DNA of 64,000 nt from Balanoglossus misakiensis. Its lineage: Eukaryota > Animalia > Hemichordata. The translations under genes were made by a program, and so were the position numbers. Within the stretch, counting starts at the first letter, position 1; each line of letters starts with the position of its first letter. The stretch covers positions 4,295,434-4,359,433 of the forward strand of contig CM082593.2 of the NCBI GenBank assembly GCA_040954595.2, given 5' to 3'. The notes beneath the pieces are model-generated. The model searched no databases, was not told where the DNA came from, and saw only the letters and a program-made list of their open reading frames with translations. Of the stretch, positions 19,601-30,623 are shown in pieces.

Positions 19601-22600
19601 CACATGGGACAAAATTAGGATATGTTACACCATGGTTGTTAAAGTCGATTTATCCACCCGCCCACCTAAAATCCACCCATACAAAGAAAAAAAAACATCC
19701 GCCCACCCATCCAGCTACAATTTACCGTTCGCCTGTGCTGCCAGATTATCAAGTTCTACGAATTCAGTATAAAGGTCTCTGATTGGTTGGCCGGCTGCGT
19801 TGTGCCATTCGGTCCAAAACAGTGCCAGTTCATCGTAGTCACGACTTTTAGCAAATATCCGTGGAATATCTGTTAAAAATATCAAAGTTATATCTAACAT
19901 TAGAACTTTGGCCTTGGTTCATTATTTAAACTCACAAAAAATCTCTAATTATATGTATTGGACTTTTGTGGAACAAAACGATTGTTTAAGGAGATGTAAT
20001 ATCTTACCTGAATGGATTGAGTAACATTTACTGGGCTCTTCATTTGACATGTTGCATAATTTTGTTGTGGCGTAATGGCGGAGCATTTGTGACTTTATCT
20101 CCTGGAGCTGTACATTTACACAAAATTGAACAACTTTAAGAGACGAGCAGTTTCAGTTATTTGTCGAATTTCTGTCCGTGCACCTTTTCGATCACAAAAA
20201 TACACTTCCCCGTGTTGACCGACCATTCCTTCAATTGACCACACATTTTGCACTCTTACCTTCTCTAATTTCTCTTTGTCCTTCAGCGCCGCGTCTCCAA
20301 TATACATCATCAGCTTAAACTGTCGCTGGGTATCCTCAGAGAAACCAGTGATATCGACCTTGGAGGCGTTGCTGTAGCCCTCCAGTTCTGACTCGGCATA
20401 TATCATGCCGGATTCAATCTAGATTTTAAAAGAACAAATTATGTTTATACATCACTCACATTCCATAGCCTTACATGTAGAATCTTGAGAAAACAGAATT
20501 TTCTTGAAATTTTCTCGAAAGGTGCCAAAAGAGATGTATTATTAAACGATAAAAAGAAAACACTATATGTCACCCTGCTTGTGTGTTAACGACCATCCAT
20601 TGAAACTGAACCGATGAAACGACTGCCTTTACGACGTAAAATATCTCAGATCATTAAATGCCGTGAAAATTCGATGCGTTCGATTTGGTTTCAGAAATTT
20701 GAAGGAGATAGCCCCACCGCGTGGGAACATTAACCTCCAACGACTTGTTTATAGGATGGAATGTATTAGGCCTATATAGCTGACAAACCACCAAGTTTGA
20801 TTGAAATTTTAAAGTGTTGCATATCGCAATTCCGCTCATATCGATCTAAATATAGCTCCTAAATTGCGCATGCGTGCGAAAATTGCCAGCTCGTGGGGTT
20901 AATCTAAGTATTAAGCAGTAAATCTAAATACCATCAACTTTGTCTCATCCTCTGCCCCCCCCCTCCTCCTGTACAACGCTTTAGTGCATACGGACATGCT
21001 TCACTCATCGACACCGAAACTTTTATGGCGGTTGGAAGTTGCCTGCTATTCAAATTAACCCGTAACTACTGAATTCCCGGATGGCGTCGATACATAAAAA
21101 TAAATATTACAGTCGATTCAGCGGTAAATTACTTTGCAGTGGTGTTTTGAGGCAGTTCTGTAAAAAGGTTAATTGAAACATAAAATGATCCATTACGACC
21201 CTTTCAATGTTCATACGTATTAAATTGCTGCAAGGTAACGAGTTGTGTGTGTCATTGGAATCCGCCAGTGGACGACAATGGTATTAGATGAAGGACACCC
21301 GATCCAGTCAAAGCCATCCGATACTTCCAGCATACAACGTGTATGTGAAATTGTTCACCATTCATATTTTCATTTAGACTCAACGGTGTGATAACAGAAA
21401 AGCATTGTGGAAACATCTATTGGACTGCTTCGGTTTCTCTTTGGTTTATAAACACCACGTCTCTAACCCGCAATATGGTTTTGTGTCCAACTCTCTCTCT
21501 CTCCTTTTCACCGCTCAAAACCTCAGCATGCCTGGCGAACGAATTACAGATAGATCTGTAAAGAAATTCTTTGTTTGCTTGATCCAGGGTTTCAAAGTAT
21601 CAATGGTTCTCTCTCTCCCTTCATCCCTCTCCTTTCTTCCTCTATCTCCCCCAGTCCCTCTCCCCTTCACTCTCTCTCTATCCCCTTCTCTCACCCACCC
21701 CCTCTCTCTCCAAAATATTTTCGAAATATTCATACTTTGAGTTGTATTCTGTTCTATCTGAGGTTTAAATCTGCGTATTTCAATGGATGTGGCTTGTTAT
21801 GCGAAACCATGCCTCACAAACATTCGTTTATCGATCCCTCAGTATTAAGCTCCTTCTAATATTTCATCCTTAGATTTGCCAAAACAAACCGAGGAAAATG
21901 AAACCAAAAAATTAGACAGATTTTAAAAACAACAACATTCATGTACGTGAATCTCCACGTTGATACGCATCTCTTGACCAATTAAGGACATGGTTAACCT
22001 TGAAAGTAAATTTAACCACGTCAGTCCTTGTTTGTGGGGCTACGAGAAAGCTCGCACCAACTGCAGATCCGAGCACTGTCCTTCGAGATGTTTACCATTT
22101 TCTGCATGGTCAGCCTCTTATATAAACTCCACGAACTAGAACCGGCATTTTAGAAGGGTCATTCCAAGCCACAGGTGCCCATGATTTTAACAGTTTCCCT
22201 TCTTACACACTTCTGATGCGTTTGTAAGAGCTTGCCATCTCATCAGAGGAATGTCATCACCCAATTCTTATTTGACCTTTGTCTCTGTCTACCATTTGAC
22301 ATCTTCTTATTATTCAGATAATTTTCTGATATATTTATTGTCTCGACCTCATGAAAAGAGGGTAAAATTAACCCACAATGATTAATAATAAAATTTCGAG
22401 AAGTAAACCCGATTTTCCACAGAAAAACGCGTCTTGAAAACCGCTTCGATCGCTATCATCTTTTGCAAATGGAAAAAACATGAGATGAGCTTTATCTGTA
22501 CTTACACATTTTCCCCTGTTTTGATCGGTTAGATTGGTTCGGTAATTCCAGATGTCTACGATATTGGTGTGGTACAAGCGCGACGCTTTCTCGTTGTATT

Positions 22601-22712
22601 GCCGGAGAAATTCCAGCGCTTTCTCCTCGTCGGTGATCCTCAGGTCCGCAGTGAAAACAACCTTCAGCGAAACGGACACACACAAGATGAAAACACACCC
22701 GTTTCCGAACAT
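16659..22712 (-). CDS. ACE: Angiotensin-converting enzyme-like peptidase (M2 family), single domain, with hydrophobic GPI-signal-like C-terminus; upstream copy, 658 aa
   Basis: 13 exons: 22712-22506, 20418-20260, 20107-20008, 19869-19726, 19495-19304, 19172-19075, 18888-18716, 18457-18234, 18042-17898, 17753-17655, 17398-17267, 17079-16844, 16726-16659 (TAG), totalling 1977 nt, with all introns GT-AG. Signal peptide-like N-terminus. Motifs HHEMGH (18394-18408), [12 protein letters not shown] and [18 protein letters not shown]. The last exon encodes [22 protein letters not shown]. Confidence 0.93.
21600..21710. repeat. CT-rich low-complexity tract in intron 1 of the upstream ACE copy
   Basis: Near-pure pyrimidine run on the + strand (ctctctccct...). 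Confidence 0.7.
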
Positions 22713-23038
22713 CTTGTCGTGGTTCCCGGCCTTTTAAGCAAACAGCTGACGTTCTTCTCCTGCACACAGTGAAGTGTCTGGCGTTGTTTATGGGACCAGA
22801 AGACTTGTAAGTGTTAGGCCTGGTGCAATAGCTGCTCGCCCGCCGTAAAATTTTTGCGCGTGGCGGTTGATGCTGCACCTCCGATCAAACTAATCTCAGC
22901 GGAGATTTCTGTTGACTTTAGGAGACCTGGACGTCAAGGTACATGCCAACATGCTCAATGTTAATAAAACGGGAGTGGAAATTACGCGATCTGCACGGCC
23001 CGCTAAGACGGTGCCACCGACCAAAGAGTGGATCATAA

Positions 23039-23782
23039 TAAGGGACGGACCATTTACTTTTAGGAGGGTAGCTATCTACAATTTTCTCATTAAAATCCAG
23101 ACGCGTCGCCCAATATGTATTGAGATACAGGTTTATAATCCGTCTGGTCTTATTTAAAGCTTATTCTTAGTCCTATTGTAAGTGTGAAAATTGCTTCTTT
23201 ACCACTAACAGACTAAGCTTACATCATAATTAACCAATGGTATGCTTTCACTGAATATCACGATGACGTCACTTCCGCTATTGAAATGTACCCACTGAAT
23301 TCTAAAGGCTTAGATAATGCTGCACACAATCAACTCATGGATACTATCGCATAGCTGTGAAATTACCATTTTCTTTTCTATAATAAGTGAATTTCCTTTT
23401 TTACGTGATTTAATTTCGATACAAAAACAGAGACACTCCTTTCCCTGTCAATCACTTGGATTCCGGCTCGGGATTTATTGCTGTATTGCATATCCTGAAA
23501 TGAGATTTCGTAGAAGTTATCAATTAAATCGGCTTTAATATCAGTTTTCCATCAGATATTTTGGGGTATTCCCAACAAAGTAACAATAGCGGATTTATAA
23601 CTACTTCTCTTTCTCATGCAAACCCACATGCTTCGTATGCCTTGTTCGATACATAATGACAGCATGCACCCCAAGAATAATTTCACACCTTATACATATC
23701 TGGCAAAAATAAAAACCCTCTCCAAAGCGAAAAAAAAAAGATCTGTAGCGACCCCCTCCAAATGAAGATGGCGTGTCCCTAA
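23039..23782. mobile_element. Degenerate non-autonomous DNA transposon (MITE) with AGGG...GGAGGG-type TIRs
   Basis: Left end TAAGGGACGGACCATTTACTTTTAGGAGGG versus reverse complement of right end TTAGGGACACGCCATCTTCATTTGGAGGGG. The TIR style matches the 27418 element. Confidence 0.5.
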
Positions 23783-24189
23783 TTCGTCAAGCACTGGTAT
23801 TTCCAGGGCAACACATGGAAATGATGGACGCGCGCAAGAAATAAGTACAGTGACATATGGAGTGGTGCAGCTGTGCAGACACAGATAATACTACTACTAT
23901 TACCACTTACCCACACCAATAAATCACTCCGCGAAATTTGGAATAATCGCCGCTTTAATGCAGCTGCGTGTTATCAGTCAGAATACGGGAAATGGCTCTT
24001 GCTATCGGTCCAATAAAGAAATGAAAAGTGTGTGCAAACCCCACTGATAATAAATAGATAAAAACACCGGTAAATATGTAAAATCGAGATTGTTGATTTA
24101 TTTCAGTTATACACTTTCCGCTACTTGAATTTATCATAATGGATATGCTTGTATTTACGTTCGAGCATGAATTTCAATCTAAGCTTCAG

Positions 24190-24221
24190 TGTCTGTCTGT
24201 CTGTCTGTCTGTCTGTATGTG

Positions 24222-24275
<54 letters not shown>

Positions 24276-24378
24276 TATGTATGTATGTATGTATGTATGT
24301 ATGTATGTATGTATGTATGTATGTATGTATGTATGTATGTATGTATGTATGTATGGATGGATGGATGGATGGATGGAT
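24190..24378. repeat. Compound microsatellite (TCTG)n(TG)n(TATG)n(TGGA)n
   Basis: Directly visible. It produces the spurious VCMY-repeat ORFs. Confidence 0.97.
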
Positions 24379-26013
24379 GTGAGCCTAGCTCTTCGTTAGT
24401 GAATCACTGCATGCTCACTCAATCCAGGGTCCAGTATTTGAACCTCTACAAATATTGGCATGTTAAGTTGAAGTGGTTGATGGGATTTCGTGAAAATTCC
24501 TCTTATAGCTATGGAACTTAACCTTCCATTAAACCACAGAGTGCTCGAGTGATTTTGTTGACGCGCTGAGAGCTGATTTCAATGGTAAATCGATAAAAGG
24601 CATGAATAACAAGTAAAGCGTGTGAACCTCTGATTTTATTTGTTTGTTTACATTGTTTACTTAAGTTTCCACTGGCCTGGTTAAAGACGCGAAGCACACT
24701 ACCGCGGCGCTTGAATGTTGGCGTTCGGCGGTCTCTAAGCGCTTCTACTTCATTGGTATACATATAGATGGGGCACAAGAGGCTCGCTTTGTGAAATTAA
24801 TGTCAATTTGGTTAAAGGTCGGTTGATTGCCTGAACGGTTAAGGAGCTTATATCAGAAGCCGCAAGGCGCCAAGTGCCCGTAAAATTAAAATTGAAACTT
24901 TGAAAGAAGAAAAGTTATTCTACGTGTGGATATATAGTGAATCAAAGTTCGACCACACACAACTTCCATTCCGTTTGTAGAATATGACCGTAAAAATCTT
25001 GCCGAAACGAATAAATGGTAGAGACCGGGTAAAAGAATAATTTTCTCTATACCTGTAGTTGTCAACCAAACGAGCACACAAACTCAACGACGGCATTCTT
25101 GGCTGAGTGGTCAGTAATTTAATTGAGTAGGCCCAAGTAGAATCCACTTCCAAGGGTTCTTAGCTGTGCACTTCGAAAATCATCATCATTGGCAGGTCAT
25201 GGCCAATTTTAGAAACCTAGATAACCACGATGGCCGTTTGATTTGATAGTCATGACGAATTATCACAGATGTGTGCTGAAGAGAGAGTTTTAAGTATGTG
25301 ATTGAACAGTCATTAATATCTTGTAGGGTACAGTACGCTCGGGCGCGTCACGCTGTAACCATGGGTACCATGTGTAACCGCTGTAAAATCTACATTTTCT
25401 GAGAGACTCCAGGGTGATACAGACATGTTTTTCATACCAGTTCGTGTCATCTGTCCAGAGTTTAAACTGTCCGCCAATCTTACACGAAGAAACTGGTTTA
25501 CAGGAAATGCCATGGTACCGGGGGCGACACTATATGTTCTATTTTGCCGATAGCATAACTTCACTAGTAGGGTGGAGTGAGCCCAAAGTTTTCCTCCCCT
25601 ATGATGATGACGACGGCGGTTGTTCGTGGTGGTGATGGTGGTGGTGGGCCCCGATTATTTGTTTGTATAGTGTTTTTGTGTGGCTTCGCTGGTGTGGTGG
25701 TGTTGCCATGGTCACCATCACTGAGCTGACTTGGATGGAGGGGTTTCTCCATCTCGCCCTACACCAATCAGAAGTGCGTTCTGGGTCACGTGATTAGCCT
25801 GTCTCCCCCGAGATGATTTGGGGAGGGAAATTAGCATGGGTCTGTTGAAGAAGGAAACCGAAGGTCCGGCTCTGTGCGACTTTTCCTGATTAATCATGTT
25901 TTATCCCTACCGGATAGCCAGCCCCGGGTCACCGATCGTGAGATCTAAGTCATGTTTACCTTAGCATCTCAGTGAGGACCGATATCTTCGTCGAGACGCG
26001 TGTAGAGACCCCG

Positions 26014-27225
26014 GTGGAGACAGGGATGTTTATGTTCGTGAGTGTGCAAAAGAGGTCACGGGAGTTTGGGGGGCGTGTTGAGCTCTGGGCACCGTACTCC
26101 TCACGGGATCTGTTAACGCAGGTCAACGCAACACACCCCAAGCTTTTGTATCGCCTTCTTTTGCTGTGATTTGAGAGCTGTACAGTTCATCTTGGCATTC
26201 ATATTCCCATCAGAACTCTGTGTCGATTTTAGATTGTTGTTGGGTCCCATTGGTATGTACCATGGGACCTTATGGGATCGGTTGCGTCTGTATGTATGTA
26301 TGTATGTATGGATGGATGGATGTCCGTCCACATCAAAAACTTGAAAACTGCTACGCGTATGACCTCAGTATTTGGTCTGCTGATGCAGGCTGGGCTGTAG
26401 ATGGGAGTTTTTTCAAATAAAATTGTCATTGCCAAAAATATGCAAATTAGCTGGAAAAATGTGAATTTGGTCAAAACTCAGTAACTCAAGAACTACTGGT
26501 CAGATTGCTTTGCAAAGTGGTGTGTATTTACTTTATTGAGTTGTTTTAATTAGACAGGAACTCCCTCCTGATGAGATTTATATACACAGCAAATTCCTGC
26601 ATGATACATAACTGGTTAAGTTTTAAAGAGGCCAGCTGTTCTATTTAGTGTATGTACAGTACATATGCCATTGGCAGCTTATGGGACAGTCAGTGTTCTT
26701 AATTTGCATTTTAACACTTTATTTTGCATTTCAATACTTGATTTACATATGAGCTAAGCCTAACAGTTTTGTCTCACTGTAGTTAAAGTTTTGGACCTAG
26801 AAATGTACATAGTTTGTGTCCATGAGTTCATATTTGGGGATGTGTTAGCACTCTGGGCACCGTACTCCTCACGGGATCTGTTAACGCAGGTCAGTGCAAC
26901 ACACCCCAAGCTTTTGTATCGCCTTCTTTTGCTGTGATTTGAGAGCTATACAGTGTTCATTTTGTAGACACAGGGATGTTTATGTTTGTGAGAGGCTCGC
27001 GCGAGTCCGCCATTGTATTGTTGTGTACAAAAGAGGTCACGGGAGTTTGGGGATGTGTTAGCGCTCTGGGCACCGTACTCCTCACGGGATCTGTTAACGC
27101 AGGTCAGTGCAACACGTTCCCCGAGCTTTTGTATCGCCTTCTTTTGCTGTGATTTGAGAGCTATACAGTTCATCTTGGCATTCATATTCCCATCAGAACT
27201 CTGTGTCGACAGTCCGATTTTAGAT
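26014..27225. repeat. Three copies of a 120-260 bp unit (A about 26014-26235, B about 26833-26955, C about 26964-27225), probably TE-derived
   Basis: The shared core ctctgggcaccgtactcctcacgggatctgttaacgcaggtca..gcaacac..ccc.agcttttgtatcgccttcttttgctgtgatttgagagct.tacag is nearly identical in all three copies. Confidence 0.9.
26238..26530 (+). mobile_element. Truncated Helentron-associated (HINE/DINE-1-like) element
   Basis: It starts in a T-rich site with a short inverted repeat GGTCCCAT (26243-26250)/ATGGGACC (26262-26269), followed by a (GTAT)n(GGAT)n microsatellite and a core containing ATATGCAAATTAG. This layout is typical of HINE/DINE-like elements. Confidence 0.5.
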
Positions 27226-27417
27226 TAATGTTGTTTTTACTTATCATTTTGTATTTTGATACAAATTTATCACAGGATAGGGAAGTTGAGAGAACAAACG
27301 AAAAGGACTGACCAGAACCCCCACACTGACGCCCTCAACGACTGGGACATGGTTTTCTGAACGAACTCGCCACCTCAGACTCAACCCTACCGTTGAGGGC
27401 GTGGATAAACTATGCCA

Positions 27418-27612
27418 TAAGGCTGCATTCACAAACACCTCTGGAGGGGGGGGGGGGGCGGGAGATTTCAATTTTTTTACCGTTAATTTTCACTTGCCCC
27501 CCGTACACAACCCAAAATATTTTCAACCCCCCCTTCCGAACTGCTAAAATTTTGAAATCCCCCCCCCCCTCAATTCTCCCCCCCTCCAGAGGTGTTTGTG
27601 AATGCAGCCTTA
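27418..27612. mobile_element. Young MITE with perfect 33-bp TIRs
   Basis: TA|AGGCTGCATTCACAAACACCTCTGGAGGGGGGG ... CCCCCCCTCCAGAGGTGTTTGTGAATGCAGCCT|TA. The target site is TA (or TWA, Harbinger-like). Confidence 0.9.
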
Positions 27613-28234
27613 GCAAAGAACTTTAAACCTATATTGACACAAATCTGCACATGCTTTTTTGTCTTTATATTTTTTATGCATTTCTGACAAATCAAGCCTG
27701 GGTGTTTCATCTGGATTTCTCTAGATTGTAGTCTTATTAACTTACACCCACAGTTTGTCAGGAAACCAACTAGCCAATCTCACACAAAATATTTGTTCAA
27801 CTAAATTTTATCAGATAATATATTGCACATTTCGCATGCATAAATCTGATAAAGTTTATTGAGTACAAGAAGTCAAAAAAGTCTGAAGGAAATAACTTTT
27901 GATAGGCATACATGTGATAACGTTGCCTTATCAAAAGCAATGAAATGAATGAACATAAAAATTAGATAAATCTTCAAACCCAAGTTCATCCAGCTTATTA
28001 TTCTCACTACTTTCATTTGAATATTATGTACTTAGGGACTGTCCAATAACTTGACGAGATAAGCGGTACATAATAAGACGGATTACTTCCCAAACTTACA
28101 GCTAATCGTTATTAAGTTCGAAACATGTCCTGAATTCGTCAAATCCCTATCTTTATTTTCTGTGTATTGTACAGGAGAGGGGTAACTTGATACTTAAAAC
28201 GCGCATGCTCTGATTGTCAGAAGTTGAAATGAAG

Positions 28235-28639
28235 TACCGTAATCACTCCATCAGTTCGACCAGAAAAAAATAAATATGATTTGTGAAAAGACAAACTAAT
28301 AGAATAAAAATAACATAACACAAAATGGCCACTCAAAGTTCTTGAATAATTTTTCAGGGGGCATGTTTGCATGGCATGAACTGTATGCACTATCAGCATG
28401 TAGTTTAGGTGATATTTATGATAGAATTGAACTGTTTGAGGTCACGCACAATAAAATCAGTGAGTTCTGAATACCTTGGAAGGTCTAAGTTGCAGATATC
28501 TTCATGAAAAATACACAATATCAACGCATGCATTTTAATCAGTGGTCAAACAATTGAAGGTTAAAAAATAATTAATTTTCCAAAGAATAGTGGGTGGTTG
28601 AATTAATGGAGCGGTTGAACTGATAGAGTGATTACAGTA
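28235..28639. mobile_element. Tc1/mariner (Tc2/pogo-like) MITE
   Basis: TA|CCGTAATCACTCCATCAGTTCGACC versus reverse complement of the right end TA|CTGTAATCACTCTATCAGTTCAACC, with a TA duplication. Confidence 0.8.
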
Positions 28640-28679
28640 CTAGCGATTTCCATGTTCACCGACTTCTTGTGCATGGCAG

Positions 28680-28842
28680 GCATTGTTGGCGGCGCACTCC
28701 GTGATTGGGACGTTTGAACTGATTTGAATTATCATCACAAATAGATGCGTGCCCATCGTACGTCATCTCTCTCATGCATTATGTACATTCATTCTGGATT
28801 TCTTCTTTGGAGAGAAGACACGGCCGCTGCACAGAAAAAAGG
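28680..28842 (+). other. Candidate non-coding first exon of an unidentified + strand gene
   Basis: It ends in a strong donor AGG|GTAAGT at 28843, at the start of a CpG-richer region, with an ATTGG box nearby. The 5' boundary is a guess. Confidence 0.3.
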
Positions 28843-29098
28843 GTAAGTGCGTATTACTTTTGGGCCACATTTGACACGCAGATAAAATTGCCAAGATTCA
28901 GCCGGTGATTGATTCTGTTATTTTACCAAGGTAGTGAGAATATCAGTGGTTGATGACTGTGCGGGTGCTGTGAATTGCTGTTAACAGCATGGTTTAATGT
29001 CTGCGAGCCGATGATTCGGTTACAGATGCCGTCCATCATCTCGGGGGTATTAAATTTATAAGAAATAGGGGAAAATACTAGCGACATAACAAAGTGCC

Positions 29099-29112
29099 GT
29101 TACCATGGTGAC
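29099..29112. promoter_or_regulatory. RFX X-box-like motif
   Basis: GTTACCATGGTGAC, lying in a CpG-rich promoter-like segment. Confidence 0.45.
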
Positions 29113-29448
29113 AGTATCGAACGTGTGAAAGGTCGCGCGAGACGCACCGTGTGAACTATCGGTGCGGCGTACGCTGGACGCACAGGTGATCGATCATTGG
29201 TGTTTTCAAAACCATTTTCCGCATTAGAGCTCGTCAGCAGAGAAGCTTACACTTGTCGTGGAGACGCAGAACACGTAGATGACTGTCAAATCACTGACTT
29301 GAAAACAACCGCAGATTTCAGAGCGTCTTCTGTCGAGTCCCGAAACGGGTGATACAACGCATTCATATAAACAGATATACCTCAAGATTGTGTGAAATTC
29401 TATCTTCACAGGTAGAATAGACAATATCCGCCGCTATCCACTGTCAGT

Positions 29449-29563
29449 ATGAGACTGCCGCAATCTCCTTCAGGACGGGCTGAGATTCCTGACACCGGGA
29501 AAACCGGATCCACGTCAGCCATGAATGAAGAACCGTTCCCACGGGAAGCCGAGGAATATTCTT
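29449..29563 (+). CDS. Candidate first coding exon of an unidentified gene (MRLPQSPSGRAEIPDTGKTGSTSAMNEEPFPREAEEYS-, phase-1 donor)
   Basis: Acceptor ttctatcttcacag ends at 29411. ATG at 29449 and an in-frame GCC-ATG at 29521 read open to the donor T|GTAAGT at 29564. No homology was recognised and no downstream exon confirmed. Confidence 0.35.
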
Positions 29564-30411
29564 GTAAGTAGACGGAAAAGTGAAAAACAACGACTTACGA
29601 GATTCTCTGATCGTACAGACCCATCTCGTACTTGTTATTTCTACACTTTTCCCTCTATTGTGTTTCATTTGAAATGCATATCATGCCTCTTTTCATCGAT
29701 TAATGCCATTATGTTACTGAGAGAGAGAAAAAAATAAGATGTGTCGAATTCACTTTCCAACTGCGTTCATTTCTTGCGGCGGAGATCGGCAAATATTCAT
29801 TAGGGCTAGGAGATATTTATTACCTTATCAACCGAAATAGATGGGTATTGGCAGTTAATTCCCCTTCTTATTTTTCACTTTCTCTCAGTGCCGGGGGGTA
29901 CAACCTCCGGATAATGACTGATCCCTGGGTTTTATCCGCTTCTTGATTTTGAAATATTACAGTTAGGAACATTTCAATGCGTTGCCATGAAATCCAGCAC
30001 TTTACTTATATGGTTGTATATTTGCACATCTATTGTGGGCAGTGTCACGAGGGAATCGCTTAAGTCTTATAAATTGTTCCTTCCTGACACTGGCCATGTC
30101 ATTGTCGAATTCAATGGGAATGAAAGATGCTTGTATATATCAGAGCATTGATATTTTCTGTTTTTAATTAGTGGAACGCACTGGATATTGTAACAAGTGA
30201 AAACAGTAACCCAGTTTTTGGTTACTATTTTCACTCTTTCGCGTTTGAAATTAACCATGAGGAGCAAATGGCTTGGTACTGTAGTCCAGTGAGAGACGTC
30301 AATGCATCAACGTCTGCTGTTGCTATACGACAGGACCTTTTATAATTAAACCATACCTGGAGCTTTTTTTATAGCCTCTATCGGCAGATATCCTCATTTC
30401 ACATGGGTGTG

Positions 30412-30623
30412 TACTGTAAAACACTTTATTTTCGCAAGCAACACATTTTCGCGAAATATGCGAGAGCCAAAATAGCGTGAAAATAACAATTCACGTAAAT
30501 TTTCTTTGAAGATAACGATGCAGTGAATGATATAAGAGAACGCAACAATTAATACTCGCGAAACAGTGGCCTTCCTCGATATCGCGAAAATTTGGACTCG
30601 TGAAAATAAAGTGTTTTACAGTA
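30412..30623. mobile_element. Tc1/mariner (Tc2/pogo-like) MITE
   Basis: TA|CTGTAAAACACTTTATTTTCGC ... GTGAAAATAAAGTGTTTTACAG|TA, with internal CGCGAAA/CGTGAAA sub-repeats. Confidence 0.88.

Noticed and set aside
24139-24521. ORFs with VCMY/CV repeats (also 50920-51363 and 26220-26420)
   Set aside because: They are translations of microsatellites.
25093-25152. tRNA-like start GGCATTCTTGGCTGAGTGGTC with an A-box
   Set aside because: There is no cloverleaf and the B-box is degenerate (GTAGAATCC). At most it is a decayed SINE head.
26014-27225. CRISPR-like or ribozyme interpretation of the repeats
   Set aside because: The context is eukaryotic, the units are long and irregular without spacers, and there is no CTGANGA/GAAA or HDV pseudoknot core.
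27295-27410. Vault-RNA-like 3' end CAGTCCTTTT on the minus strand
   Set aside because: No complementary GGCTGG 5' end or A-box was found upstream, even across the MITE.
27393-27626. Paired sense and antisense ORFs sharing LHSQTPLEGG
   Set aside because: They are an artefact of the MITE terminal inverted repeats.
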